DNA of 64,000 bases from Lama guanicoe (lineage: Eukaryota). A program made the translations under genes and the position numbers. This document shows positions 36,050 to 47,970 of the stretch, piece after piece; positions within the stretch are counted from its first letter, which is position 1; each line of letters opens with the position of its first letter. The DNA is taken from positions 2,238,151 to 2,302,150 of the forward strand of contig MU054001.1 of assembly GCA_013239625.1 (NCBI GenBank). Reading direction: 5' to 3'. A model generated the notes under the pieces. The model made no database searches. It was given only the letters and a program-made list of their open reading frames with translations, and was not told where the DNA came from.

Positions 36050-37020
36050 AATTTGCTGATGTTCAGAAAACCTTTTCAGTTTTCAGACTTGGTCTTTCCT
36101 TTAGTTCAGACAAGTTTTCTACTGTCATTTTCTTTGAATTTTTGCTTCTGTTCCTCCTTTTCTTTCCTTGTTGATACTTCTTTTACTTGTAAACGGGGTC
36201 TCCAGAGTATGCCTGCCCACCTTCCTTCCCTCCTCTCTTCATTTTTAAGCTCTTTCTCTTTTGAGATGAGGATGCAATAAATCAAGTTTGTCTTCCACCT
36301 CACTCGCTGGATATTTTTCTTTGGTATTCATTCTGTTGTTCACTCCTCTGAAATGGTTCCTCCTTTTAAATTATTCCTTTAGGACTATTTAGTCTAATTT
36401 TACAGATGCAGTGTTATATTCAATATTTTTGAAATTGCTATTCAGAATTCTTTTAACTTCTTTTTTTCAATTTTCAGCAATAAATCTTATGGGAAATGCT
36501 GTTTCTTCAAGATGTCCCTGTTCTGCTGGGCCACAATGTAGCTGGTCTGATTTCATTCATTATTTCATTCACTCAGGAGTCATTCATTGAGTTTCTATTA
36601 TACACCTATTTGTCATGTCAGATGGTCATAAGTTCTCTGAAGGAAAGTGTAGCAGGGTGATGGGGAACCCCGAGTGGCAGGGGTAGCTATTGTATGTGAC
36701 ACTACCAGGGCAGGCCTCTCTGCAAGGCAACATTTAAGCGAAGTCCTGAAGAAAGTAAGGGAGCAAGAGATAAGGCTATCTGAGGGAAGAGCATTCTGGC
36801 AGAGGGAATAGCTAGTGCAAAGGCCCTGTTCTATTTGCAGAAGCAAACCTGTTTGCTATAGAAGATGGCTGAAGTGGGAAACTCCATGGAGATGGCTGTC
36901 ACCAGGGTACCTCTTTCTGCCTCAAGCCTAGCCTACCTCATAGGATAATGTTTTTAGAGTTTTCTCTCATTCCCAGAAATAGAGGGCTTTTTTTAACCCA
37001 GGAGAGGGAATTTTGAGTTA
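36050..37020 (-). mobile_element. Very old L1/HAL1 ORF1-region fragments with an intervening L2 piece (~36550-36845)
   Basis: T-rich tctttcctttagttcagacaagttttct...; L2 piece gaagagcattctggcagagggaatagctagtgcaaaggccctg. Confidence 0.5.
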
Positions 37021-37370
37021 GCCCATGATGCCTCCATCAATAAGACACTGTTTATACTCTAGCAGAGATGCTTTGAGTTTTGATAGGTAGATGACATCTA
37101 TTCTAGTATCAGGGACTGCTGCTGGTGTGATGATGGCTTGAGAAGAGAGATGTACCCCATCTAAGACCAAGGATGGCAAGTACATACCACAAGTGCCCAA
37201 TCCCATGGCAGAAGCCCCTGTTGATCATGGTGTTCTTTCTTGCTGAAAGTAGATACCACTTCAGAATCCTTCTTAACACTCCAGATTAGTCATGGTTAGC
37301 ACCCAAGATGAAACTTTTCTGTCAACTTATAAAAGTTTATGACAATATGCACATAAATTGAATTTTTGTA

Positions 37371-37450
37371 TTAGGTCAACCCATATGAAATTGCTAATAG
37401 GCAACTTTTTTTAACCTCAAAAATGACAGTTTCATGTGATTCAGTCGAAT
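37371..37450. mobile_element. MADE2-like mariner-derived palindromic MITE
   Basis: TA-ttaggtcaacccatatgaaattgc ... acagtttcatgtgattcagtcgaa; imperfect inverted arms, about 80 bp. Confidence 0.65.
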
Positions 37451-37814
37451 CCATTGAATTAAATACAACTCTGTTCAATGGACCTTTGCTGGGAAATCTT
37501 TTGCTAGGCAGAGATTTCTTGTCCTCTGTGAACACTTAAACCCTGATATACTTGCAATTCTCATACATTAAATTTTCTTAAAATGGGACCAGCTGTATTC
37601 ATTAATATCCTAACACCTCTGCCTTGGTGCTGGCTTTGTTTCTAGACTTTGTCTAATTTTTTTCACCTTCTGGGACCATGAGGTAGCTGAACCAAAAACA
37701 AGATGCCCCCCTAAAGACATGCCAATAGGCCCCAGCTTCCTCTCTCGCCTCTATGTAGTAGCTTGTGTTATTGTTCTCATTCATGCCCTCCCTCCCTGTA
37801 AGAGGTTTGCACCT

Positions 37815-38120
37815 TCCTCATGCATTGCCAACTTGCAGTGCCTCCATATGGGAGGAGTGTACTTCCTGCCTCCTTGGTCATGTGATTTGCTTTGGCCAAT
37901 GGAATGTGATGTGTGATACTCTGGACAGAAGCTTTCAAAGACATTGCGTGGTTCATTCATAGTGCTCTTTCCTTCTGCTACGAGGCCTGGATATCAGGTT
38001 GTGGAAGACACGTGGAGCAGCTTTGCTGTAGGAGTGAGTGAGAAATAAACCTTTGTAAGCCACTGAAATATTGGGGATTATTTGTTACTGTGGCTGTACC
38101 TAGCGAAGGCTGACAAATAT
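37815..38120 (+). mobile_element. MaLR LTR (MLT1H-like)
   Basis: ggtcatgtgatttgctttggccaatggaatgtga...gagtgagaaataaacctttgtaagccactgaaatattgggg. Confidence 0.8.
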
Positions 38121-38230
38121 ACTTTGTCAGCATTAAATATCATGGTAAGAAATAACTTTCCCAGGGGCTTGTCCAGGATAAGCATCATGTAGCTGTAAAA
38201 CTGTATGAAGTGTTTCAGTTTACATAAGCT

Positions 38231-38367
38231 TTTTTTTCTTTTTCTTTTTGGCAGGGGGACGTATTTAGGTTTATTTTAGTTATTTTTAGAGGAGGTACTG
38301 GGGATTGAACCCAGGGCTTTGTGCAAGTTAAGCATGCATTCTACCACTTGAGCTGCATCCTCCCTGC
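38231..38367 (-). mobile_element. tRNA-derived SINE (Vic-1-like)
   Basis: ggaggtactggggattgaacccaggg...agcatgcattctaccacttgagctg; TSD tacataagct (38221-38230) / tacatacgct (38368-38377). Confidence 0.9.
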
Positions 38368-38439
38368 TACATACGCTGTTGATATCAAGGGTGTGGAGGG
38401 TGTAAAACCATCCGGCCTTTCTAGACACAACATATGATA

Positions 38440-38700
38440 GATGTGCTACAAACTTTTAGAAGAATGTGTCCAAACCACATGATCACAGACGGTTTGTGGG
38501 AAAAATAAAAAGAGATTTGGACTTCAAATAAATTTGGAAACACTGGATTAAAAGAAGTTAAACAGGTTTCTTTCCAGTAAGATTTCTCAGAGCTTTAAAT
38601 CTGTTGTGGTGTATCGTGAGTCTCCTAGGGCAGAGGGTGATAAAGAATTCACCGCTTTCCAAAACTGTTTGATCATGGAAGTCTTTTTCTTTTTTTCATA
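38440..38700. mobile_element. hAT-Charlie fragment (MER103-like)
   Basis: aaatttggaaacactggattaaaagaagttaaacaggtttcttt...tttctcagagctttaa. Confidence 0.55.
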
Positions 38701-38779
38701 AGAGTATTTCATGGGCTTAATGCTGTGCAGAAAAACTCAGCAGATGCTGCCTCTGGTGGCAGCAGAATTTGCATATTTC

Positions 38780-39040
38780 TCCTCTGTTTCCCATCTCTTC
38801 CAGCCATCTATCGTTTTCACTGTCTTTTCTCTCGCTTTTTTGTGTCTTCCATCTTCTTTGGCCACCTGCTCCTCCATCTCTTTTCATCATTCTCCCTTTG
38901 CTTCTTATTTCTTTTCCCTCCTTTCCTCCTCCTTTTCTTTCTTCTTTCCTTTCACATCCCCTTCCAAACCCCATTGACCCCTCTTCTCCTCCTAGCTCCT
39001 GCTCACTCTCCTCTCCCTCTCTCTCTCACTTTCTGGCTTT
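38780..39040. repeat. Pyrimidine-rich low-complexity tract
   Basis: Almost entirely C/T over about 260 bp; explains the overlapping Ser/Phe/Leu-rich ORFs. Confidence 0.85.
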
Positions 39041-41019
39041 TCTACAAGCCAGAGAGTTTTCTCCGACTGGACGACCCAGGGGAATGTCCCCCTGATTGTC
39101 AAGTTATCATTCCTGAAAAGGAAAGCCAGCGATGGCGTTGCCTGCTCTTCCCAGGTGTGGTGTTAATTTTAAAGTGATGGGCTTTAACCCCGCATCAGCC
39201 TCCTTAAGGAGAGATCCTTTGTTCTAGACTCAGACAAAGCAGCACAGTCGGCCTTAAAAGAAAAAAAAAAGCTGTTTCATTTTATATTGGAAAAATACAA
39301 TGTGACATCTGGAGAATAAATTGTTCAGTCAGCCAGAAATACGCCTTGTAAAAATTGCTTAGGTTTCTGTAACAAGATTATTTACTGCGAGTGTTCACCT
39401 ATAATACAGCACACTTTTGAAATGGACCTTTTATGAAACACATCAAGAACTGAAGAAATGTATTCAGTGCATTAATCTACAACACTGCACACTTTACCAC
39501 ACTTTCAGAGCAGATTTCAAAACTCAGACCATCTAATGAGATAGAAAAAAAGTTATTCTTGTCCTATATTCATTCCAGTCATGTTCTATACGGAGCCCTT
39601 GGGATATTTAACATCATGCAATAGGTTTTTCAACACACATACACACACACGCTCACACACAATCATGCACACTGTTACACGCACTCTCACACACAGACGA
39701 AATATATGACTGTTCAGACAAGTATTCAGTTTAGAATGCAGTAGGCCCATATTTCAACAGCCTGTGTGCAAGGCAGGGGCTGGCTATTTTAGAAACCAGA
39801 ACTTTATAAATATTTAAAGATCTTGATTTAATTCAAATGAGAGATCGCTCAGGTGCTGTCAGTTACTTCCCGTAACTCCTTCATTTCTGATCAGGGGGTG
39901 ACAGTTTGCATAGCAGTCTCCTGGCAATTTGAGGAACTGCCTCAGTTAGCATGTGGCAGCTGGGACTGGGCCTGGGGTGGCTGAGGCAGGTGGATTGCGG
40001 AGAAGTGGGTCAGGTAGGGGAGGAAGGGAAGGCACGCCCTCCAATGGCCTCCTTTGCTGACTTTGACTTTTCTTGGCCACTGTGACTATAGAAATAGATT
40101 CTTCCAGTTAGGCGGCTCCCCACGAGGTGGTCTAAACCCTTTCGCCTTAAGATCAACTTAGCCGCTCCCTTGGTCCAATGGAAATCAGTTCTAGAACATA
40201 CAGAGCAGAGCAGAGACCCACAGAATGATTCCTCCACCAACCCAAGGAAAGGCCTAGGCTTTCAAAGTTCACCTAGGCCTGGAGAACTTAGTGGTGCTGC
40301 TGGGGGAGCTAACCTGGCCAATATGGAAATTCAGCAGAGGAGAATAAGAGTCATGCCAGGACTCTCTCTCCAGGATCAAAGATCAACTCACTTCTCAGCC
40401 ATCGCTTCCCATCCTCTTGGGGAGTTTGCAAGAAACTCAAGGTAGAGCTGGTGACAGGGCTGCATCATCTGAGTCTTGGAGGGTGGAGCCCTGCATCCCA
40501 TGGGGCTGTCCTTTCAGAGACTGAAGACCTGGAGGAAGCTCACAAGAGGGCCTGGCTACTCTCAGTGTGGAGCCAGCCCCTTCCTTCCATTGCCTCTCAT
40601 TTGATTTGCTGAATTTCAGGCCTCTCTCCTGGCGCTCATCTGTCCTCCTGGTCTGGTGGAGACTGAAGAATGACATTTTTAACTGTCTCTGCTCAGCTTT
40701 CCTGGACTTTTTCTTAGAACGGACTTTAGCATTTTTCATTTTGATTTTCCTCTAAGTCACACCCTCTGGGGAACCACCAGTCTCCTTGAGAAACTCTTCT
40801 ACTCACATTTTCCATTCCTTTCATGCGAACATTGTCTTTCTTCATGGACCAACCCAAGACACGTGTCCGCCATGAAGCCTTCCGTGATACTCTGGCTCAC
40901 ACACATCTTTCCCTCTTTATCCTCTGGGGCAATTTATTGAACCATGTAGTTTAACACTCAGTCACACACGGCCTTGGCTTGCTTCATCCATCTTGCTTTC
41001 CCTTGTGTGTCAAGCAGAG

Positions 41020-41365
41020 GCCTGGGGGCGTGGACAGACTAGGGCACTGAGGGAAATAAACAAGGAGTTCTAGTCTCCGCACCACCATATATTCATCATG
41101 TGAACGTTGGGCAAATACCTTAACCATTTTGAGCATCTGTTTCCTAATATATGAAACAGAGATGTCACCTACATTGCTTGTCTCATTAAAAAATTATAAT
41201 ATGAAATGAACTAAAAAAACACTTCATGAACTGAAAACCCTGGAACATGAAGTATCAATAATACTGAACTTCTTGTCTTATATTTGCTCCCATTTCCCCA
41301 CAATGGCTAGAAGAACGTTGAACACACAGTAGGAAACCAACAAACACTTGTTAAATATAATGTTT
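41020..41365 (+). mobile_element. MIR fragment followed by an L2 3' fragment
   Basis: ttgggcaaataccttaaccattttgagcatctgtttcct; cacagtaggaaaccaacaaacacttgttaaat. Confidence 0.55.
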
Positions 41366-43363
41366 ATCCGTTCTTCTTGACCCAGGGTATCCCTTCCAGG
41401 TTCTAACTTCTGGCAGGTCTACTAGAAAGCACAAAGCAAGTCTTAATCAGGATGAAAAAGATTTACAGGCCCTATCTGTTTTTTTGATAAGGATTCAGAA
41501 AACTGAGTTTAGATTTTCCTCTATAATTTTCTAGGAAGCTGGGTGGAGTGTTTTGTTGTGGAGGGTTCTCTGGAAAGATGCTGTTGGGAGCTTGAAAGAT
41601 TTGCACAAACCATGAGATGATATTTTTTCCTTCTTTCAGAAACAGAATACTAATAAATTAGGATCATTATCTGATAGGTCAGAGGTCATTAGATTATTTC
41701 CTGTGAAACAGATTCATGCTTGTACGAAGGGAAATTGGGAAATGCCTGCAGTCTTGGTGAGAGCCCATTTGATTAAGAATTTGGTTGGCTTGCTACCTGG
41801 TATTTCTCCACAAACACCCTTCCCCTTGAATTCTGAAGTTGGCAATGGGTATGACTGAGGACAGTTTGACTAAAGTCTCTTCCTATGTTGCACTAGAGGT
41901 CTGGGGGTGGGGAGAGGGATTTGGTTCTAGCCCTGAGGCTCAGAGCCACTTAGGTACTTGAAGATTTCACCTTCAGGCTGAGGTCCAAAAGGAATGTGTG
42001 TTATTTATAGATATGATTTGGTTGCTGAGTAAAGAGCAGGTGAATCCTTCAGTCAGCCTCTCCCTCTAGGAGTTCTACAACCTCTATCTCACTGTGATAG
42101 AATTAAAACCTAAGTATGCATTGCTCTAAATAGGAGAGATAGCACCAGGATTTATAGCCCCCAACAGAGATCCTGGGCTCTGCACCCTGATTGAAACAAC
42201 CCAGTCTCTCTTTCCTTGTTCCAGTGAGTGGACACATATCTAAACATCAAACTGATATGGGAGAAGCTGCGGGCTCCAAGCTGAGGCTCCATCCATCAAA
42301 ATCACTCTACTCTCCTTCAGAGGATGTCTATAGGGGATTAAGGAAATCATATCTCAACATGGACCTCATTCATTGATGCAAATTTCCCCTTAAAGCTATT
42401 TTAAAAGTATTCATTTAGAAAGGTTTGTAGGTTAAAGGTTTTGTAGGAAGACCTGGAATAAATAGAGGTAAGTAAAATATGATCCTCTTCTCAATAACTC
42501 ATTCTCTGCTAGGGCAGACAGCCATACAGATGTAATGATGGTACTAGACTGTTGTGAGTGCTGTAATACATGTGCAAGTATTCATCAAAAGAGTGGGGAG
42601 GAAGATATCAATGTGGGCCGAGGGAGAAAAGGAAGCTCCTTGGAGGAGGAAGACAGTCTAACAAGAGCTATCCATGGTAATCAAACCAGTATCTTCAGCC
42701 ACTACCCTTTAGCTTCACAAGGCTTCAGCACCAGATTGATCAAAGAGGCATTTGAGGAGTATTTGACATGTCTTGTTGGAGAAAAGGTCCTAGGAATCGT
42801 GTTCAGGCTCTTTAGATGTGAAGACTTAGTTCAGCAATATTAGCCCTTGAGATTTTTCTCATCTCCTGTATATCTTCTTTGTCTTTATGATTCACATTGG
42901 CTACTAGCAGGTGGAGGCTCTGATCTAGGTACTGTCAAAACTATTTGAGCTTCAAGTAACATAAGCCAACACAAGAGAGCTCCAGCAAAAAAAAAAAAAT
43001 CAGTTTGCTAAAAAATATGAATGTCTTGTGAAACCCAAGGGGTGGAATATAGTCGAGCCTCAGAACAGACTTGCTACCAGAAACCGGAAAAGCTACTGGG
43101 AATCCAGGCCTTACTCCCTCTTTCTCATTTCTGCTTCTCGCTGAGCATCTTTTTCATTCTTCTCTTTATATATCTGTTTTTATTGCTTCTCAGTCCCTAT
43201 AAAAAAGAGATGGCTGCCCCAGATGTTCAAGTTTTTAATGTTGTCCTCACATTCACACAAACTAACTGGTTATCTCTGAATTCCTATTTCACATTCCCAG
43301 TAAAGAGAATCTGTTTAAACTAACTTGAGTCACGTGTCTCCCTTTGGTCCAGTTAAGCTTCTT

Positions 43364-43483
43364 TTTCTTTTTTTTCCATTAATTTTATTTTATTTATTTA
43401 TTTTTATTGAAGTACAGTCAATTACATTGTATCAGTTTCTGGTATACAGCACAATATGCAAGACTGGGACATTGTGCTGTACA
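43364..43483 (-). mobile_element. Very short LINE-1 3' end with a 5' inversion (twin priming)
   Basis: T-rich tail, ttgaagtacagtcaattacattgtatcagtttctggtatacagcacaat, then inverted atgcaagactgggacattgtgctgtaca; TSD 43349-43363 / 43484-43498 (13/15). Confidence 0.8.
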
Positions 43484-43514
43484 CCAGTTAAACCTCTTAA
43501 CACCCAATGCCAAT

Positions 43515-44608
43515 TGTAGTGGGTAGGCGGTTCCCAACACATTCAAGGAATTCTATGATACCAGCTGGGTATCCTACAAGTCAACTCATTTCTGACACTA
43601 CTTACCTGGAGGCAGCATCTGATTCCACAGGCTAAGGGCTCAGTCCCAAAAGACTGACCTGCACTTCAGATGTCAATCATAAGCTCAGTTTGTCACCTGT
43701 GCTTCTGACCAAATGGCTATAAATGAAAGGTTCCCATGACTTCCTTTTTGGGTTTGACTAATTTGCTAGAGCAGCTCACAGAACTCAGAGAAACATGTTA
43801 CTTACTAGATTACCAGTTTATTATAAGAGGTTCTAACTCAGAACAGCCAGATGGAAGAGATGCATTAGGGTAAGGTATGGGGAAAGGGTGCAGAGCTTCC
43901 ATGCCCTCTCCAGGTGCACCATTCCCCCTGAATCTCCACTGTTCATTAACTTGGAAGCTCTCTAAATTTTGTCCTTTGGGGTTTTTATGGAGGTTCCATT
44001 ACACAGGCATGATTGATCAAATCATTGACCATCAGGGTTTGAACTCAAACTCCAGCCCCTCTCCTTGCCCCACAGGTCAGAGGTGGGACTGAAATTTCCA
44101 ACCCTCTAATCATATGGTGGGTTCTCCCAGCCACCAGCCCCCTCCTTAGGTGTGGTCCAGCAGTCACTGCATTAACAGCAAGAAACACTTCTACTGCTTT
44201 CATCATCAGATATTCCAAGGGAGCTCCGTGGCAGTAATGGAGACAAAAACCACATACACAGTCGAATCTTGAACAATTTGGGGTTCTGGGTGCCAATCCC
44301 CGTGGAGTCAAAGGACGGCTATCTCTGCCTCAAAAGCAAAAGAAATGAGAAGTGACTTGTCCAACGGCAGGAAGCCAAACCAGTCTGGGTAGAATCGGGA
44401 CTCAAACCCTAGTTCTTTTGATTCCATGTATTGTGATCGCTAATCGAACACAAACTGTTCCCCTTACTTAGTTAAAGTTCTGTAAAATGAAAATACAGGT
44501 GTTATATTCACTGAAAAAAATCCATGTATAATTGGACCCACGCCATTCAAACCAATGTTGTTCAAGGGTCAACTGTGTATTTCTCCTTACAAATCACAGT
44601 ATCCCACT
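43515..44608 (-). mobile_element. MER21-like LTR split by a Tigger1-derived MITE
   Basis: accagctgggtatcctacaagtcaactcatttctgacact...ctaatttgctagagcagctcacagaactcag...; terminus resumes tatttctccttacaaatcacagtatc after 44575. Confidence 0.85.
44259..44575 (-). mobile_element. Tigger1-derived MITE (317 bp) with an internal MIR-like segment
   Basis: TIRs cagtcgaatcttgaacaa / ttgttcaagggtcaactg; Tigger1-like subterminal sequence at both ends. Confidence 0.88.
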
Positions 44609-44989
44609 GATCAACTTTGTCTATGAGTAGAAGAGCATAAATGCAGCTGTCAGTGCCCCATGCCTGTGGTAGAAAGAAGGTTCTTTAAAAAAAAAATGGA
44701 GAAGAATTGCTTGGAGACTAAGCCGATCACTCCCTCCCACTTCACCTCTAAAAAGACCATTCTATCCATCCCTTTCCAAGTGCCAGTTCAGGGAAGCTCA
44801 TGTTTAGGGAAAAATAAGAAAAAAGAGCATTACTAGTTGTAGATACCATCTTTTAGAAAAACACTGAGGTGAACCTGATCTTCACGAACTCGAGCTTTGA
44901 CCATAGCAAGGTTGTGCCTCCGGACGTTCCTACAGTGCACACAAGTCTATTTGGCTTGGTCTCAACAGCTTCATTTTCTACCACGTGCA

Positions 44990-45580
44990 TCATTCTGCCT
45001 GACAGATGGGTATATGATGCTTCTAGACAAAGCAGGTTCAGGAAGGCCCTAGGAAGTCCAAACTCTCTGGTATCAAACACAAGGCCCTTTGGACTCTGAC
45101 TCTTGCTGCTTCTCCAGTCTCAACTATGACCACGCCTGATCTTGCAATCATAACACGATTGCAGACATTTAGAACTGCATGTGATTCCTGAAACAATGCA
45201 TAGCGTTTGTAACTCCATGCCTCTGGACAACCTGCTCCCTCTTTCTGGAACCTCCTCCTCATCACCTGTCAATATCACGAACTCCTAACCACCTGTTAAA
45301 ACGTGGCTCACATATATCCCCTTCCAGGAAGATCTCCTTGAGACTTACACACACACACACACACACACACACCACTGAATGGGATGACAAACTGGCCTAA
45401 CTCAATACAAAAGGGCACTCTGAGGCTGGGTACCTCTGTGCATAGCATCACCTCTAACCCTTCCCTTTTTCTTCCTTCATGAGTTATTCACAGATACTAG
45501 ATGTGACTCCAAGCTTCCTTACCATAGCTGCGTTTTATTTATCTTTATATTTATTCTCCTAGAAACACATCTGTGGACAA
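44990..45580 (+). mobile_element. L2 fragments with (CA)n at ~45347-45373
   Basis: caaggccctttggactctgac...ccttccaggaagatctccttga. Confidence 0.5.
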
Positions 45581-45584
45581 AAAA

Positions 45585-45810
45585 GTAGTGTAGCTTGGAG
45601 ATTAAGTATAAGAACTCTGGACAGATGGTCTGATGGACCCACCTGAGTTCAAATCGTAGCTTTCCCAACCCTTAGCTGTAACCCTGAGCAAGGCATCTTA
45701 CCCTTTAAGTCTGCTTGCATACCTATAAAATGGGAATAATCTTAAGACTTACCTGTAATGTAAGGGGTGGTGATTTAATGAGATAGTATGTGCAGCATAG
45801 TATGACTTCA
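45585..45810 (+). mobile_element. MIR SINE
   Basis: ttaagtataagaactctgga...ctgagttcaaatc...ttagctgtaaccctgagcaag...tataaaatgggaataat. Confidence 0.75.
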
Positions 45811-45849
45811 ACAAATGTTAGATATTATTATACAAAAATCTTCCAAACA

Positions 45850-46384
45850 GAATTTCTCTCTTGTTTGATGACTCAGAAGGGACTCTATTTCAACAGCAAC
45901 ACAAAAAGTCTTGTGTGCCTTGGGGATCTTTCCTAAGAACAATGATAAACCATTGTCCATGAGGTGGGCTAGAATGCTGGTTACTGGAAGGTAGGTTCCA
46001 GTTAATAAACTCAGTTTCGCCTCCTGCATGCTTTTCAGCTTTGATTCGATTTCCCTTTTCCTAGATGGGGAAGAATTGGAAATGCAGGCAGAGCTTTGAT
46101 TTGGCACCTAGGGATTCTCTTCAACAGCCACGAGACCGTGGGGACAAAATGCCCTTCCAGGGCTCTCTTCCTTGCCCCTGCTTGCCAGCCCAGTCTCAGC
46201 CAGTGCAGTTCACCCAAGAAAAGTGTTCATCTCGAAACAATAGAGGTGCTTTCTGTAAAGTTCTAGAACTCTGAGCTTCTCAACCAGAACTCCAGGGGGA
46301 ATAACCTCACATTCTGTAAGAGAAAAAAGAGGTTGGGGCAGAGGGGAAGCAAAGGAAAAGAAAAAAAATTCTCTCTCGCGCGCA

Positions 46385-46420
<36 letters not shown>

Positions 46421-47250
46421 GATACACACACACACACACACAGATACACACACACACTTTGCTGTTTGTGAGCTATAGGATTTTTGAATTGATAAGAAAA
46501 TGCAGCTATTTTTTCTAAGTCTGCTGGTGACGGCTCTTCTTCCAGGATCTCATTGGAGGCTGATCTCTGAGGGTGTTCACATCCTCAAAGGCGCAAGAAC
46601 CAAAGACCTGGAGCATCCCTGCACCCTTGTCACCCACCTGCCCGTTCTCTCTCCCGGCCCCTCATGCACTGCCTCACTGTTTCTTCTCTTCTGTCGTCTC
46701 CTTTTTCTCTCTCTCTCTCCCCACACCTCTCTCCCATCTTTTCCTCCTCCTACCTCTCTCCCCCTACCCTGTTATTGGAGGAGCCTATTCATTCCCAATC
46801 ATGTTCTGTTCTCAGCGCTAAGATGGGACACATTTCCAGCTCCACAAAGCCAGCCCCAAGACCGTGTTCATCGCGCGTGAGCACAGCTTTTGTGGGCAGG
46901 CACATGCCTGGAGGGATGCTGGCACCGAACCACTGCCCAGCAGCCTCTTGCCTTGAGCTGTAGAGCACGGATAACAAACGTTGCTCCATCCAGAAAAGCC
47001 CGCACTTCCAGAGCTGCTGCTTTTGGCCTGGGCTGAGCTACTCTTTGATCTCTTTATTTTGAAACCATTTCTTGCTGGATTCTGCAACAATCTGTCTCAA
47101 AAAAAAAAAAAAAGATACAAAGAAATGGCCTGATCGCCACTCACTGATTAACTGGCTCCGGGAACACAATAGATCTCTGGCATGATGCAAATAACTGTTT
47201 TAAATCTGCTGCTACTTTTCTAAATATTAGCATTAGGATTAAACAGAAAT
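45850..47250. promoter_or_regulatory. Candidate cis-regulatory or promoter-like unique region
   Basis: About 1.4 kb with no recognisable transposon, locally raised CpG content (cgcgcg, tcgcgcgt), CT/CA microsatellite and pyrimidine tracts. Inference only. Confidence 0.3.
46371..46457. repeat. Compound microsatellite (CT)n(CG)3-(CT)n-(CA)n with two GATA interruptions
   Basis: Read directly. Confidence 0.95.
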
Positions 47251-47970
47251 GTCTCCTACCCCAAATAAGAGAACACCAGGTTTAGGACCAAAGAGAGTTG
47301 ATTCTGACATTCATTATGATATTTAAAAAATATTTCAACTTGGAGAAAATGATATAGGAGATAATTGGGTACAGAAAGAAAGTTGTGTTTTCACTTCTTT
47401 TTTTCTTTTTCTTTTTCTTTTTTTTTTTTTAAGAAGGGGTTGAGTCTGAAGCCGGGCATGTCAGAGAATTTACCCAGGAGAATGGCAAACCTGCAGCAGA
47501 GTCAATTTAGTTACAAGATCAAAATCTCTTGACTCACAAAAGATAGCGTTAAAAGGTTGGGAACAGCTACAGATCTGTTAAAATCCTGCTTTTGCAGCAA
47601 AATCAGATTCTGAATTGCTTTACAGGCTCTTCATTTCTAAGACCACTTTCAAGCTGGCAGTTTTTGGTCCAGGCAGTCAAAATGTTTAGGAAGCTGTTAA
47701 ACCAAGGCATTGACTTCATGCAACCCACCTTCTCCACCTCCGCTGCCCCAAATCCCCAGTCCTGACCCTGGTCAGGTCCAGCTGCTTGAAGGATGAGAAG
47801 AAAAAATCAAGTCCCAGACTGGGGCTGATTTCCAGGTGTTTGTGGAATGGTAGGTTGCAGGACTAGGAAGCCACTGCCTGATGCTCGCTTGCCAATATGA
47901 ACAACTAACATGTTCACACCAGCTACTGAGCACGCACTGTGTGCCCGGCATTGCACCAAACATTTATGAA

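Larger units (their letters stand above)
42930..44730 (-). mobile_element. MaLR LTR (old MLT1) split by nested L1 and MER21 (pieces ~42930-43363 and ~44610-44730)
   Basis: gcttcaagtaacataagccaac...aagagatggctgcc...ttgagtcacgtgtctccctttggtcca. Confidence 0.55.

Noticed and set aside
38711..39177. Several overlapping ORFs up to 150 aa
   Set aside because: They arise from a C/T low-complexity tract that lacks stop codons; no recognisable protein.
42723..42745. REST/NRSE site (ttcagcacca)
   Set aside because: Only the left half-site is present; the GGACAG right half is missing.
46500..47090. Stacked ORFs on both strands in the promoter-like block as a coding first exon
   Set aside because: No recognisable protein, biased composition and no clear start/donor pair. 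Kept only as a regulatory candidate.
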